From the IMG/VR virus record IMGVR_UViG_3300027419_000046, positions 1 through 46,593 of that record: 46,593 nt of DNA, one strand, 5' to 3'. The translations under genes and the position numbers were made by a program. Within the stretch, counting starts at the first letter, position 1. Each line of letters begins with the position of its first letter. Source of the stretch: a virus (taxonomy: Duplodnaviria > Caudoviricetes). Of the stretch, positions 8,950-17,318 are shown piece by piece. The notes under the pieces are model-generated. The model ran no database searches. It saw only the letters and a list, made by a program, of their open reading frames with translations, and was not told the DNA's origin.

Positions 8950-9374
8950 TCCATTGCCTCCCAGTCAGTTCCATCCCAAAATTTATGGAAACACTTTTCC
9001 ATAAGGAAACATAGCCACATCCTATTAAAAGTTAAATTCTGTCTTTTAACATCCTGTAAAACCCAATCATGGAAAGCTAACAGCACATCACCATCGTAGG
9101 CCACTTTTAATATTTTTTTATAAATTTTCTGTAAAATGTCTTGGGTGTAAACCTGGAATCTTTCATTTTTAGTCAAGGGCGGATCTATGAAAAGATGGAT
9201 GTCTGTTCTAAATGTTCCATGTCCAAAGTCCTTAGCTCCTAAATGGTATCCTTCGCACCACCATTCATTAACTCCAGGTTCAACAAATCCTTTAAGATAA
9301 GGATATGCTTTCATACTCATTTTTAAAAACGGTTCGTCTAATTCCATTGTTTTAATTAAATCGGTTTCGTCCAT
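8946..9374 (-). CDS. Hypothetical phage protein, paralog of 8273-8752
   Basis: QDILQKI...MWLCFLMEKCFHKFWDGTDWE. Confidence 0.6.
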   Translation of the reverse strand: MDETDLIKTMELDEPFLKMSMKAYPYLKGFVEPGVNEWWCEGYHLGAKDFGHGTFRTDIHLFIDPPLTKNERFQVYTQDILQKIYKKILKVAYDGDVLLAFHDWVLQDVKRQNLTFNRMWLCFLMEKCFHKFWDGTDWEAME

Positions 9375-9378
9375 CTTT

Positions 9379-9711
9379 TCATCCCCTAAATTGTTTTAAC
9401 AGTTTAGCACATTTTTGAATAATAGAAGTATGTTTCTCTAAGTGTCTTGCATATCTATAACGATTGATATATTCCGGATCTTCAGGAAATCCCCTGCTCT
9501 CTTTTTTATGGGTTTTAGATACACCACTTGGTCGTCTGTACTGTTGAAATCCCACGACTGGTTCATACCATGTTTTATCAACAGATACTAAATAGAAAAC
9601 ATTGGTTTTAACGTCTTTCTTTCGATATACAGTTGCCGTACCCATTTCTTTAAACAATATATCTCTTTGAGCTCCGTAATCCAATACAAAGGGTTTAGGT
9701 GTTTCCTTCAT
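9379..9711 (-). CDS. Hypothetical protein
   Basis: GAGGTGG SD; operon context. Confidence 0.55.
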   Translation of the reverse strand: MKETPKPFVLDYGAQRDILFKEMGTATVYRKKDVKTNVFYLVSVDKTWYEPVVGFQQYRRPSGVSKTHKKESRGFPEDPEYINRYRYARHLEKHTSIIQKCAKLLKQFRG

Positions 9712-9712
9712 T

Positions 9713-9892
9713 CTACCACCTCAAAAGTTTGTCTAAACAGTTTTTGCAGTAATGTTTTCCTTTATATTTAGTTAAATCGAAAGGAGCTCCACATTTAGCA
9801 CATTTTTTAGATGGACGATTATCTATTAATATCAGTGTTCCGATGTCCCTATGGCTTCTAATTTCAGATTCATGATCGCTCCATACTGCCAT
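9713..9892 (-). CDS. Small Zn-finger protein (59 aa; CAKCG...YCKNC)
   Basis: Read manually; exactly fills the operon gap. Confidence 0.6.
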   Translation of the reverse strand: MAVWSDHESEIRSHRDIGTLILIDNRPSKKCAKCGAPFDLTKYKGKHYCKNCLDKLLRW

Positions 9893-9893
9893 T

Positions 9894-10085
9894 CTAATAA
9901 CCGTCCTCTCTTACCTGTTCTAAGTCTTCTTTAATTTTGACCATTGCCTTTAACTCTTTTTTAGTCTTAGGCTTTGCATTATCTTCATTTAAAATCTGTT
10001 TATTTTCATTAGATGCCTTTATTTCTTTATTTAAGCGTTTAAGTTTCCCCTGGTGATGGATGGACCTATATGATCTACTTACCAT
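9894..10085 (-). CDS. Small basic hypothetical protein
   Basis: GGAGG SD; operon context. Confidence 0.5.
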   Translation of the reverse strand: MVSRSYRSIHHQGKLKRLNKEIKASNENKQILNEDNAKPKTKKELKAMVKIKEDLEQVREDGY

Positions 10086-10233
10086 TATGGGCCCTCCCTC
10101 TGTTTTTTACAACATGTTTCTGATACCATGGACTATTTTTTCTCCAGTCATCCATGCAGGGATCACATACATTATTGACTTTAGAATCCGATTCAAAGGT
10201 TTCATTGCAGACAACACATTTAACTTTCATCAT
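10075..10233 (-). CDS. Small Zn-finger protein (52 aa; CVVC...CDPC)
   Basis: Read manually; coupled to the upstream stop. Confidence 0.6.
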   Translation of the reverse strand: MMKVKCVVCNETFESDSKVNNVCDPCMDDWRKNSPWYQKHVVKNRGRAHNGK

Positions 10234-10364
10234 TCAAAACCACCTAACCTGGCCTGTTGTCCTTCATCTTTTCGGTGCAAACAACTGTCAGGAGCTCCAG
10301 TTTCCTGACAATATAAACAATTGTTCCTGGTTACTTTTCCCATTTTTAACCTGCAAAAGACCAT
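10230..10364 (-). CDS. Small Cys-rich protein (44 aa) ending in PIP-box-like QQARLGGFE
   Basis: Read manually: MVFCRLKMGKVTRNNCLYCQETGAPDSCLHRKDEGQQARLGGFE. Confidence 0.6.
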   Translation of the reverse strand: MVFCRLKMGKVTRNNCLYCQETGAPDSCLHRKDEGQQARLGGFE

Positions 10365-10694
10365 TTAATCATCCCTTTTGTCCTTGACGAACCATAGAAC
10401 CTGAACCTCACTATCTTTTTCCAGGTCAGGATAATATTCTCTTAGTTCGGCCATGGCCTCATCCCTGGAAGTGGTGTTTGTATCGAGAAGTAAGTCCTCC
10501 ATGTCTATCTCACTAAGTTTTTGTGTGAGTTTCTTCACAACTACAGCCTTAAACTCCATGGACGGTGATTCTATACGGCAGACCTGGCCTGTTCTCAGTT
10601 TTTTTGGTGCGGCCCTGATAGTAGAGAAGAGTATTTCTTCAAGTTTGGGATAATCCTTGGAAAATTTTATTGTTTTCATCATAGATTTCTCCAT
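10365..10694 (-). CDS. ASCH/PUA-like domain protein
   Basis: IKFSK.Y...STIR, L..G, L.EI...L..D, L.E.YP..V.V..F pattern. Confidence 0.65.
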   Translation of the reverse strand: MEKSMMKTIKFSKDYPKLEEILFSTIRAAPKKLRTGQVCRIESPSMEFKAVVVKKLTQKLSEIDMEDLLLDTNTTSRDEAMAELREYYPDLEKDSEVQVLWFVKDKRDD

Positions 10695-10990
10695 TCAACA
10701 TTTTCATATAAAGTCCACACTTCAGCCACGTTAGAAATAATAAGCAAATATTCTGCATCTTCATCAAGGTACATCTCAGTATGACTTATTTTTTCCATTG
10801 CTTCTTTGACTTCATCTTTTTTAAATAAAGGAGTGAATCCTATCTTTTCCAGGGCCTCTTCATAACCTCCAATTTTACAGCTGGCCTCTTCATCATCCAT
10901 GATGGCCTGGATCTGGTTAACCATATTTTCATAAGCCTGCATGGGTTCATTGTCCATATTACAGCCAGGGGGTAACATATTATCATTCAT
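10679..10990 (-). CDS. Hypothetical protein
   Basis: Operon context. Confidence 0.55.
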   Translation of the reverse strand: MNDNMLPPGCNMDNEPMQAYENMVNQIQAIMDDEEASCKIGGYEEALEKIGFTPLFKKDEVKEAMEKISHTEMYLDEDAEYLLIISNVAEVWTLYENVEWRNL

Positions 10991-10992
10991 GA

Positions 10993-11508
10993 TTAGTCCT
11001 CCTCATAACTAGACCACAAAGCATCTTTCCATAATTCATCTAACCAAACTCCATCATCCTTAATAGACCTGATTAAAGACTTACCCAGGAATTCAATGAA
11101 ATTCACATATTTAAAAGCAATAATCCAATACTGGACGGTTTCATCATCCACACTTCTAGTCTTAGAATCCCATTGGTATTGTTCATCTGGAATTTTGGAT
11201 TTAAGCCATTCTAGGGCGTTTTTGTCACTTGTATAAATGACAATTTTATGTTTATTCCGTTTAGCCTTGCAGAAAGAACAGGCCGGATAATCAGTTGGAA
11301 AAGCCCAGTTAAGATGTTCGATTAAAAAATCCAAATCAATTATATCCTTTTCGTGGCCTTTCCAGTGGTATTCATAGACTTTTCTAAGTTCTTTTACGTC
11401 TTTTGCTTTTTCCAAATGATTTAAAATGCATTTTAATGTTGGTCCTTCGTCACTGTGATACTCGTCATCGAAGGCCGAACAGGCATTATCACTTTGAATG
11501 ACTTTCAT
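10993..11508 (-). CDS. Hypothetical protein with CxFC motif
   Basis: CSFCKAKR resembles CPFCQIDRK in 11801-12502. Confidence 0.55.
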   Translation of the reverse strand: MKVIQSDNACSAFDDEYHSDEGPTLKCILNHLEKAKDVKELRKVYEYHWKGHEKDIIDLDFLIEHLNWAFPTDYPACSFCKAKRNKHKIVIYTSDKNALEWLKSKIPDEQYQWDSKTRSVDDETVQYWIIAFKYVNFIEFLGKSLIRSIKDDGVWLDELWKDALWSSYEED

Positions 11509-11510
11509 TA

Positions 11511-11798
11511 TTACACCCCTTCAGCTATTGAGAAAAACCTGGAGCAATTATTACACTTGAAATAGGGGATCCCTCGACTGGAAGTGAATAAGTATTCCCC
11601 TGGAATATTACAACATTTCGGGGCTTCAATTTCCAGGGTTTCCGGGTTAGTCCATGTGATCTGGCTACTCATCCAGGCCAGATTGCAGTCCATAACATGG
11701 GTCGTGGCCTTCCTATTGTCAATGATTTCTTTATACTCTCCTGTCTCCAGGGGCATTCCTTCCACCAGTGGCCAGTTGTTCGTCCAGGTTATTTTCAT
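11511..11798 (-). CDS. Hypothetical Zn-ribbon protein
   Basis: PKCC...YFKCNNC. Confidence 0.55.
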   Translation of the reverse strand: MKITWTNNWPLVEGMPLETGEYKEIIDNRKATTHVMDCNLAWMSSQITWTNPETLEIEAPKCCNIPGEYLFTSSRGIPYFKCNNCSRFFSIAEGV

Positions 11799-11800
11799 GA

Positions 11801-12502
11801 TTAAACCCCCGGTAATCTGGCCTGATTTTTTGGAATTGGTACTGAAATGGGTAGTTTTTGATTAAAGTTTTCATCCCGGAAGTTCCGGACCAGTTGGGCC
11901 TTGGATTCTAACCACATGATTAGTTTGTCACAATCGTCAGCTGTGGCCCGGATTTCCAGGGCATCTTCAACGTCATAGAAACCATGCTTAAATCTTTTAA
12001 ACCGTTCATTGAAAAGTGGATAATCTTCCATGTCGTCTTTGTAGCTATTGATAGTATTTTCTTGAGCATCAATAGCATCATAAATGCCTTTTTTAACTAA
12101 ACCCTTTGCAATGTTCCATGTAACTACTAGGGTATAATGGAATCCTATGTCTGAGAATTGGATGAAATGAGGGCCCAGTTTTGGTACATTTCTATGTTCT
12201 GACCTGCGTTCATGCCACCATACGAGATGTTTTTCTTCGGCTTCTAACTTCTTTTTTAAATCAAAAATGTCTTCACTGCGGCTTTTAATTGTTATAACTT
12301 CAGCTTTGCGGTCTATTTGACAGAAAGGACAGGAATTGTCAAGCGAGTAAATGAAATTCAGATAAAAACCGATTAAACTTTCTGATGGTATGAATCCTTT
12401 ATCAACACTATGTAAACGGTTTTTTTCGCCCTTTAAATCATTTAACATCTGTTTATAACTTTCAGGCTCGTAATCATCAAACCCACAAACTCCAGAACTC
12501 AT
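11801..12502 (-). CDS. Hypothetical protein ending in PIP-like NQARLPGV
   Basis: Immediately downstream of PCNA; CPFC motif. Confidence 0.6.
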   Translation of the reverse strand: MSSGVCGFDDYEPESYKQMLNDLKGEKNRLHSVDKGFIPSESLIGFYLNFIYSLDNSCPFCQIDRKAEVITIKSRSEDIFDLKKKLEAEEKHLVWWHERRSEHRNVPKLGPHFIQFSDIGFHYTLVVTWNIAKGLVKKGIYDAIDAQENTINSYKDDMEDYPLFNERFKRFKHGFYDVEDALEIRATADDCDKLIMWLESKAQLVRNFRDENFNQKLPISVPIPKNQARLPGV

Positions 12503-12504
12503 CT

Positions 12505-13293
12505 TTATTCCTCCGATTCAATCCTTGGGGTTGTTAAAAGCTTTAATTGACCCACCCCTTCATAATCAAAAATAAGTAACAAAGGCATATCAACATCAAG
12601 CCCAAGGGTTACTTCATCTGAGAATGTGGTCCTACTACTGAGTAAAGAATTAACTCTGAGGGTTTGATAAACTCCCCAAACCTTTTCCTTATAATCTGTG
12701 TCTGTTTGGAATGAGGCCTTCATTGATAAATTGGGGGTTTCATTGCCGTTTTCATAGACTTCAGCATAACAGGTGAGTATGTGGTCTGTTTCTCCTGAAG
12801 ATTTGAAATAAAGCTTATCGGAAATAGAATTAGCTGCACAAACTGCGTCTTTTAAATCCTTAACAGGTAAAGTGAACTTAGCAGGCCACTCTATTTTTGG
12901 GGCTGCTGGGACTTTATCATATTTTTCAAGAGTTCCAAACTGTAATTTAAATTCAATCTCATTCACATCATTAGCATATTGCAGGGTTAGGTAATTTTCA
13001 TCAACTGTGATGAATAACTCCCTGCCATTTCTGTAAGCTGCTAATACTCTCCTTAAATCTTCACAATCTGGTAAGAAAATCATTTCTTCATCTGAATTGC
13101 ATTTAAAATGTTCGGGTTTTAATTCTAGAATAGCGAAGGAAATATGTGATCTGTCTAATACAATGAATTTTAAACCGTCCTCTGAAACAACTAAATTAAT
13201 AGTATTTTTAAGACTTTCAACCAGTTTAAGAGCATTAATAACCCTCTTTGAACCCTCTTTATCAAACATTGCTTTTGCAATCATTTTATACAC
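12505..13293 (-). CDS. pcn: PCNA (archaeal-type sliding clamp), divergent
   Basis: GLKFIVLDRSHISFAILEL (PCNA D.SH motif), DMPLLL.F, C-terminal PRIESEE; 262 aa. Confidence 0.88.
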   Translation of the reverse strand: MYKMIAKAMFDKEGSKRVINALKLVESLKNTINLVVSEDGLKFIVLDRSHISFAILELKPEHFKCNSDEEMIFLPDCEDLRRVLAAYRNGRELFITVDENYLTLQYANDVNEIEFKLQFGTLEKYDKVPAAPKIEWPAKFTLPVKDLKDAVCAANSISDKLYFKSSGETDHILTCYAEVYENGNETPNLSMKASFQTDTDYKEKVWGVYQTLRVNSLLSSRTTFSDEVTLGLDVDMPLLLIFDYEGVGQLKLLTTPRIESEE

Positions 13294-13523
13294 CTCAGTT
13301 TTTTGTAAAACTTTTTCCCTCTTTTCACATGCCTACATATAGACCGATAATAAAATCCCTGGCATGGTTGGCAGAACCAATGGTCTAAATACCAGCTGAC
13401 TTCATAAAATTGGTGAGTACCTCTGACAGCTAGTTGCAGGAGCACCCCATCATCAAACATAATGTATACGCCTGCCAGGTCTGGATCCGTAGCATATTCA
13501 ATAGGGTGAAAAATTAAGATCAC
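13281..13523 (-). CDS. SWIM Zn-finger protein
   Basis: WFCQPCQGFYYRSICRHVK. Confidence 0.75.
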   Translation of the reverse strand: MILIFHPIEYATDPDLAGVYIMFDDGVLLQLAVRGTHQFYEVSWYLDHWFCQPCQGFYYRSICRHVKRGKKFYKKLRCIK

Positions 13524-13768
13524 CTGCTTAATCCATCACTAAAATAATACTCATATCCGGGCTTTGCAAGTTCGGCCATGATTATTTGCTGTAAATGGGT
13601 TTTGCAAATATTTGGCGCTGGTGATTCAACAACCAACATGTAAGTTCCGTTATCAGTGCCCAGCAAATCTTTGACCTTTTCAGCAGCATCTGCCTTACCC
13701 TCCGCTTCAATCTCCAGGTCAGCAACATGCCCAATCTTATGCACGTTAATTTTAAATTTCATTTCCAA
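13520..13768 (-). CDS. Hypothetical protein
   Basis: Operon context. Confidence 0.5.
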   Translation of the reverse strand: MEMKFKINVHKIGHVADLEIEAEGKADAAEKVKDLLGTDNGTYMLVVESPAPNICKTHLQQIIMAELAKPGYEYYFSDGLSR

Positions 13769-14183
13769 ACCTCCTGAAAATGTTGATGAAATGGTCCTTT
13801 AGTGTATCTAACCAGGACTCTGATTTTTTGGATTTCAGGTACCTTAACCTAATTTCAATAGCCAGCTCAGTTCTGCCAAATATTTCGGCCATCTCCTTTT
13901 TATGAACACCCAGCTCATCATAGGATAGTAGTAGATCATCATCTTCCTGTGGCCAGTTCCTTTTATGATTCCCTAATTTTCCCTTGGTAGGTGGTTGTTC
14001 AAGTTCTAACAACCTACGCCGGCGGCCTATTGCATCAGGGGTGCGCATGTGGAACCCTTTTGCTTTTTCGAATTTGGTTTTAACGTGGAACTCGCTGCTT
14101 ATTTGGGCATCTGTCATGCCATTTTTAACAGCTTCTTTGAAGTATTTCCTTTCTTCAGGACTCCAGGTTGGTCCTTTTCCGAT
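13752..14183 (-). CDS. Myb/SANT-like repeat DNA-binding protein, probable ATC start at 14183
   Basis: Two repeats W(S/P).EE...RT..AI..R. The first (WSPEERKY) lies upstream of the annotated ATG at 14117; GGGGGTG SD 5 nt before ATC. Confidence 0.65.
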   Translation of the reverse strand: MGKGPTWSPEERKYFKEAVKNGMTDAQISSEFHVKTKFEKAKGFHMRTPDAIGRRRRLLELEQPPTKGKLGNHKRNWPQEDDDLLLSYDELGVHKKEMAEIFGRTELAIEIRLRYLKSKKSESWLDTLKDHFINIFRRFGNEI

Positions 14184-14185
14184 AC

Positions 14186-14716
14186 TTACACCCCCTGTTC
14201 GCTCACAGGCTCCTTAGGCGTGGCCTTTAGTATCTCAATTATTTCAGCCAAAGAACCCTCCGCAGTCTTAGCAATACTGACCGGTTTAATGAAAGCTATG
14301 CCCTCGTAATGATATGGAGTTAGGTCCATCTTCCCGGCTTCACAGTTGATACTTAATGCTGTTAGATCGTAGTCCTCCAGACGGACCATGACACCCCTAC
14401 TGGATACCTTGAAAGGAACATCCCTGGCCTCATCCACCAAAGTACGGATCCTGTTTGTTATTTTCTCCTTAATGATCCGTTCCTGAATCAAGAGTTCAAT
14501 CAGTTCCTGGTCTCCGTTAATCCGGTCCACCTCGGCCTTTAGGATTTTATCTGTCTTGATAGATTCTGTTTGACTCTTACTCCATGAAGACCGGCCACGT
14601 GATAGTAACGTTCTGACCGTGGCTGCATCCATGGAAATATATTTTTCACGTGCTAATTCTTCAATCGGTTTTTCTGCCAGTTTGGTTTCTTCTTCCATTT
14701 TTACACCTTTTTCCAT
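14186..14716 (-). CDS. Hypothetical protein
   Basis: Operon context. Confidence 0.55.
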   Translation of the reverse strand: MEKGVKMEEETKLAEKPIEELAREKYISMDAATVRTLLSRGRSSWSKSQTESIKTDKILKAEVDRINGDQELIELLIQERIIKEKITNRIRTLVDEARDVPFKVSSRGVMVRLEDYDLTALSINCEAGKMDLTPYHYEGIAFIKPVSIAKTAEGSLAEIIEILKATPKEPVSEQGV

Positions 14717-14720
14717 TAAA

Positions 14721-15152
14721 TTAAGGCCAGTACAAACTCCATTTCCAAGGAGCGTTATACAAACTTAATCCTCTTAAATTAGTCTTTTTAAGCTCTTCCT
14801 CGGTTTCTCTGAGTTGCGTTACTGTCCATGTAGTTATAACGTGCCATTTTGCATGAGAATAAAGAGCCCTTAGTTCTTCAAGTTCAATCTCACTCTGTTT
14901 ATCTTTTTTAAGTAACGTGCTGAGCCTAACTTCTAAAAAACCAGAAATGTGAGTAATATGGTCTGTATCCAGTCCATATTTTTCTTGATATTTTTTTTCT
15001 TCTGTTCCTGTAAATTCTTCAATGGCTTTAAAATAGCTCTTTAAAAATTCTTTATCGGCTTTAGATTTTCTTTTTTTTGCTAAAATCACTTCTAATTTAT
15101 TTTCATCTTCTTCATTTTTGAAACTGAATTTAATGTTTACACCCCATTTCAT
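14721..15152 (-). CDS. Hypothetical protein with internal repeat (L..lL.K.kqS.....L)
   Basis: Operon context. Confidence 0.5.
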   Translation of the reverse strand: MKWGVNIKFSFKNEEDENKLEVILAKKRKSKADKEFLKSYFKAIEEFTGTEEKKYQEKYGLDTDHITHISGFLEVRLSTLLKKDKQSEIELEELRALYSHAKWHVITTWTVTQLRETEEELKKTNLRGLSLYNAPWKWSLYWP

Positions 15153-15155
15153 ACA

Positions 15156-15299
15156 TCAAATTAATGTTTTCTGCTTATTCCTATCCTTCAAATGCCGTTC
15201 ACCTTTCAAATACCGTTTAACACATGAAGGGCAGTTTTGAGTCCAGCTGTATGTTGGCTCAAAAAGATGCCCACATGTACGGCATTTTCTTTCAGTCAT
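15156..15299 (-). CDS. Small Zn-finger protein (47 aa; CRTCG...CPSC) ending in KQKTLI
   Basis: Read manually; ATGA-coupled to the upstream gene. Confidence 0.6.
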   Translation of the reverse strand: MTERKCRTCGHLFEPTYSWTQNCPSCVKRYLKGERHLKDRNKQKTLI

Positions 15300-15919
15300 T
15301 TTTTACCTTGCTTAATCTTTTCCTGTTTGATGAGTTCTGCCAGTTGAACCTTTATCCTGGCCATATCGTCAGCGTCTAACTCTTCAGCCTCTGCCAGGTT
15401 GATAATCTCCCAGGCCGTGGGTTCATAATTCTTGCCCTTCTTTTCCTTGATAACCTGTTCGTAATGCTCGATCATGTTCAAAGCTTCCGGATCATCATTC
15501 CCTGCCAGTGTGGGACTCCCTTCTGGAGGTGTTTCACCCTCCGGATACAGTTTTTTATAAACCGGATCTTCTTTACTCATCCAGGCGAACACATCAAAGA
15601 GTTTGAAAGGTTTCTTAACAGGGTCGCTGCTTGGTTTTTCACCAAGATAAACAATCTTAACATTATAGCCTTCTGGGACCTTTTCCATCTTCCTACGCAG
15701 GCCAACGGTGCCATAAACGCTGACATTATCTTCATCCGTTGCGGCCTTCTCAGGTAATATCGTGTATTTGCAGTTAGGACGGCCCTTGTAAGGTGCGGAT
15801 TCCTTTTTAATATATTTCCCCACAACCTCCTCCCCAGGCTGTTCCGGCCTCCAAACTATACTTTCATCCGGGATTTTAACCCATTCTTTCTGTTCTTTTG
15901 TTTCTGCCATTTTAATCAC
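15296..15919 (-). CDS. Putative OB-fold single-stranded DNA-binding protein
   Basis: WRPEQPGEEVVGKY...VYG..GL...VKIVYLG.K...FK.FDV pattern of viral SSB-like proteins. Confidence 0.55.
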   Translation of the reverse strand: MIKMAETKEQKEWVKIPDESIVWRPEQPGEEVVGKYIKKESAPYKGRPNCKYTILPEKAATDEDNVSVYGTVGLRRKMEKVPEGYNVKIVYLGEKPSSDPVKKPFKLFDVFAWMSKEDPVYKKLYPEGETPPEGSPTLAGNDDPEALNMIEHYEQVIKEKKGKNYEPTAWEIINLAEAEELDADDMARIKVQLAELIKQEKIKQGKK

Positions 15920-15931
15920 CTTTTATTTGAA

Positions 15932-16013
15932 CGCCTGGACCCGGATTTGAACCGAGGCGCTGCATTGCAGCACGGCTTAGCAAACCGTCTCCATACCACT
16001 TGGATATCCAGGC
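15932..16013 (-). tRNA. tRNA-Ser (GCT)
   Basis: Acceptor stem GCCTGGA/TCCAGGC, anticodon arm ACGGT-TTGCTAA-GCCGT, long variable arm GCTGC-AAT-GCAGC, T loop TTCAAAT, discriminator G, no encoded CCA. Confidence 0.93.
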
Positions 16014-16033
16014 AAAAGATAATAATAAATACC

Positions 16034-16285
16034 TTATTTACTCGCTCCTAGGAAATTACAATCGTTATAATCAATCCCCTGTTCTATTTGACTGGCCACA
16101 TACGCCGCAACCTTCCAATCCCTGTTAGTTGTCGGTGTTGATTTTAATCCCATTTGGTCTTTTATTTTCCCATAAACGGTGAGTTTGGAGCGGTGTATTG
16201 CCCTACCTATCTGGTTATAACTCCAATCCTTCTCATGTAAAAGTACAGCCGTTGCGTATTCTATTGGACTCCATTTCACTGACAT
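16034..16285 (-). CDS. HTH DNA-binding protein
   Basis: WS...SYNQIGRAIHRS..TV..K; GAGGTGA SD. Confidence 0.65.
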   Translation of the reverse strand: MSVKWSPIEYATAVLLHEKDWSYNQIGRAIHRSKLTVYGKIKDQMGLKSTPTTNRDWKVAAYVASQIEQGIDYNDCNFLGASK

Positions 16286-16297
16286 TATAAATCACCT

Positions 16298-16732
16298 CTA
16301 CACCAAGACTCCTTCATCCTTAACAATCTCTGTAAACCAGTCCGGGGGCGTGCCCTGTGGTGGCCGTAAATGTAACGCATTGTAAGTCACCCTACGCTTA
16401 ACCTGGTTTTTGCTTAATCCTAGTTTGTCAGCTATTTCCTGGTCTGAAAGAAGCGTATTGGTCTTATAATAATGAATATTCCAATCAATTTCATCTGCGT
16501 TTTCAAGCTTAGGATACTCAATGAAATCAGGTTTTTTGAGTCCCAAATGGGTTGCCTTGGAATATATTGCAGCCACGGTCCTACCAGGTAAGTTGGCTTT
16601 CAATTCATCAACATGGATGTCGGTCTCATAATTCTCCAGTAGGTACTTCTCTTCTGATGGTTTCCATGGAGTATTATACATCATATCACATCCCAGCCAG
16701 GCGGGCTTCCATGACCAACAGAGTACCTGCAA
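16298..16732 (-). CDS. Myb-like plus HTH DNA-binding protein (true start probably near 16684)
   Basis: WKPSEEKYLLENY...RTVAAIYSKA; SDQEIADKLGLSKNQVK. Confidence 0.7.
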   Translation of the reverse strand: MQVLCWSWKPAWLGCDMMYNTPWKPSEEKYLLENYETDIHVDELKANLPGRTVAAIYSKATHLGLKKPDFIEYPKLENADEIDWNIHYYKTNTLLSDQEIADKLGLSKNQVKRRVTYNALHLRPPQGTPPDWFTEIVKDEGVLV

Positions 16733-16943
16733 CCAGGGCGGTTATAATTGTCATCCCTATAATGGCCTTATTGACTTCGTGTTTATTCCGTGTCCACCAG
16801 GACGGCCTTTTCTTGAATAAGCTTTGTTTTTTCTTCCAAGCTGCCAGTTTCCATGATGCTGCACACTTAGGGCATTTAAATTCCCCGTTGGTTTCGTTGA
16901 CTTTTATTTCGCATACCGGACATACACTTTGCATCTTAATCAC
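16686..16943 (-). CDS. Zn-ribbon protein with C-terminal TM helix
   Basis: CPVC...CPKC; hydrophobic C-terminus. Confidence 0.6.
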   Translation of the reverse strand: MIKMQSVCPVCEIKVNETNGEFKCPKCAASWKLAAWKKKQSLFKKRPSWWTRNKHEVNKAIIGMTIITALVAGTLLVMEARLAGM

Positions 16944-17167
16944 CCCGTAAATTCACTTTCTTTGTAAGTTTTTCCACATTTCCCATAACAAGCCAGGTAC
17001 GGTTCACCATTGGAAAGATAATAACAATTCGCCCCGCATTCCGGGCAAATGGCTGGCTTTTTCACCTTATGCTTGGTGATATCAATCTCAATATCATTCA
17101 CACGACTAGTCTTCAATTTTGGCCTTTTGGTGGGCACGGTCAAAGCCTCCCTGTCTTGAATATTCAT
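16940..17167 (-). CDS. Small Zn-ribbon protein
   Basis: CPECG...C..KCG. Confidence 0.6.
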   Translation of the reverse strand: MNIQDREALTVPTKRPKLKTSRVNDIEIDITKHKVKKPAICPECGANCYYLSNGEPYLACYGKCGKTYKESEFTG

Positions 17168-17318
17168 TGACGACTAGTTTACAGAATTTCCTGCATTCAT
17201 CCTGGCAGTCCTCGTCACCTGTGGGGGCCGGGAGACCTGCTTCCTCTCTGGCCTCTAAACACTTACCATGGTTAATGGCCTGCTCGTTCTGGAGGTAGGT
17301 TATCCAATCGTTAATCAT
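17106..17318 (-). CDS. Small Cys-rich protein
   Basis: Operon context. Confidence 0.5.
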   Translation of the reverse strand: MINDWITYLQNEQAINHGKCLEAREEAGLPAPTGDEDCQDECRKFCKLVVNEYSRQGGFDRAHQKAKIED

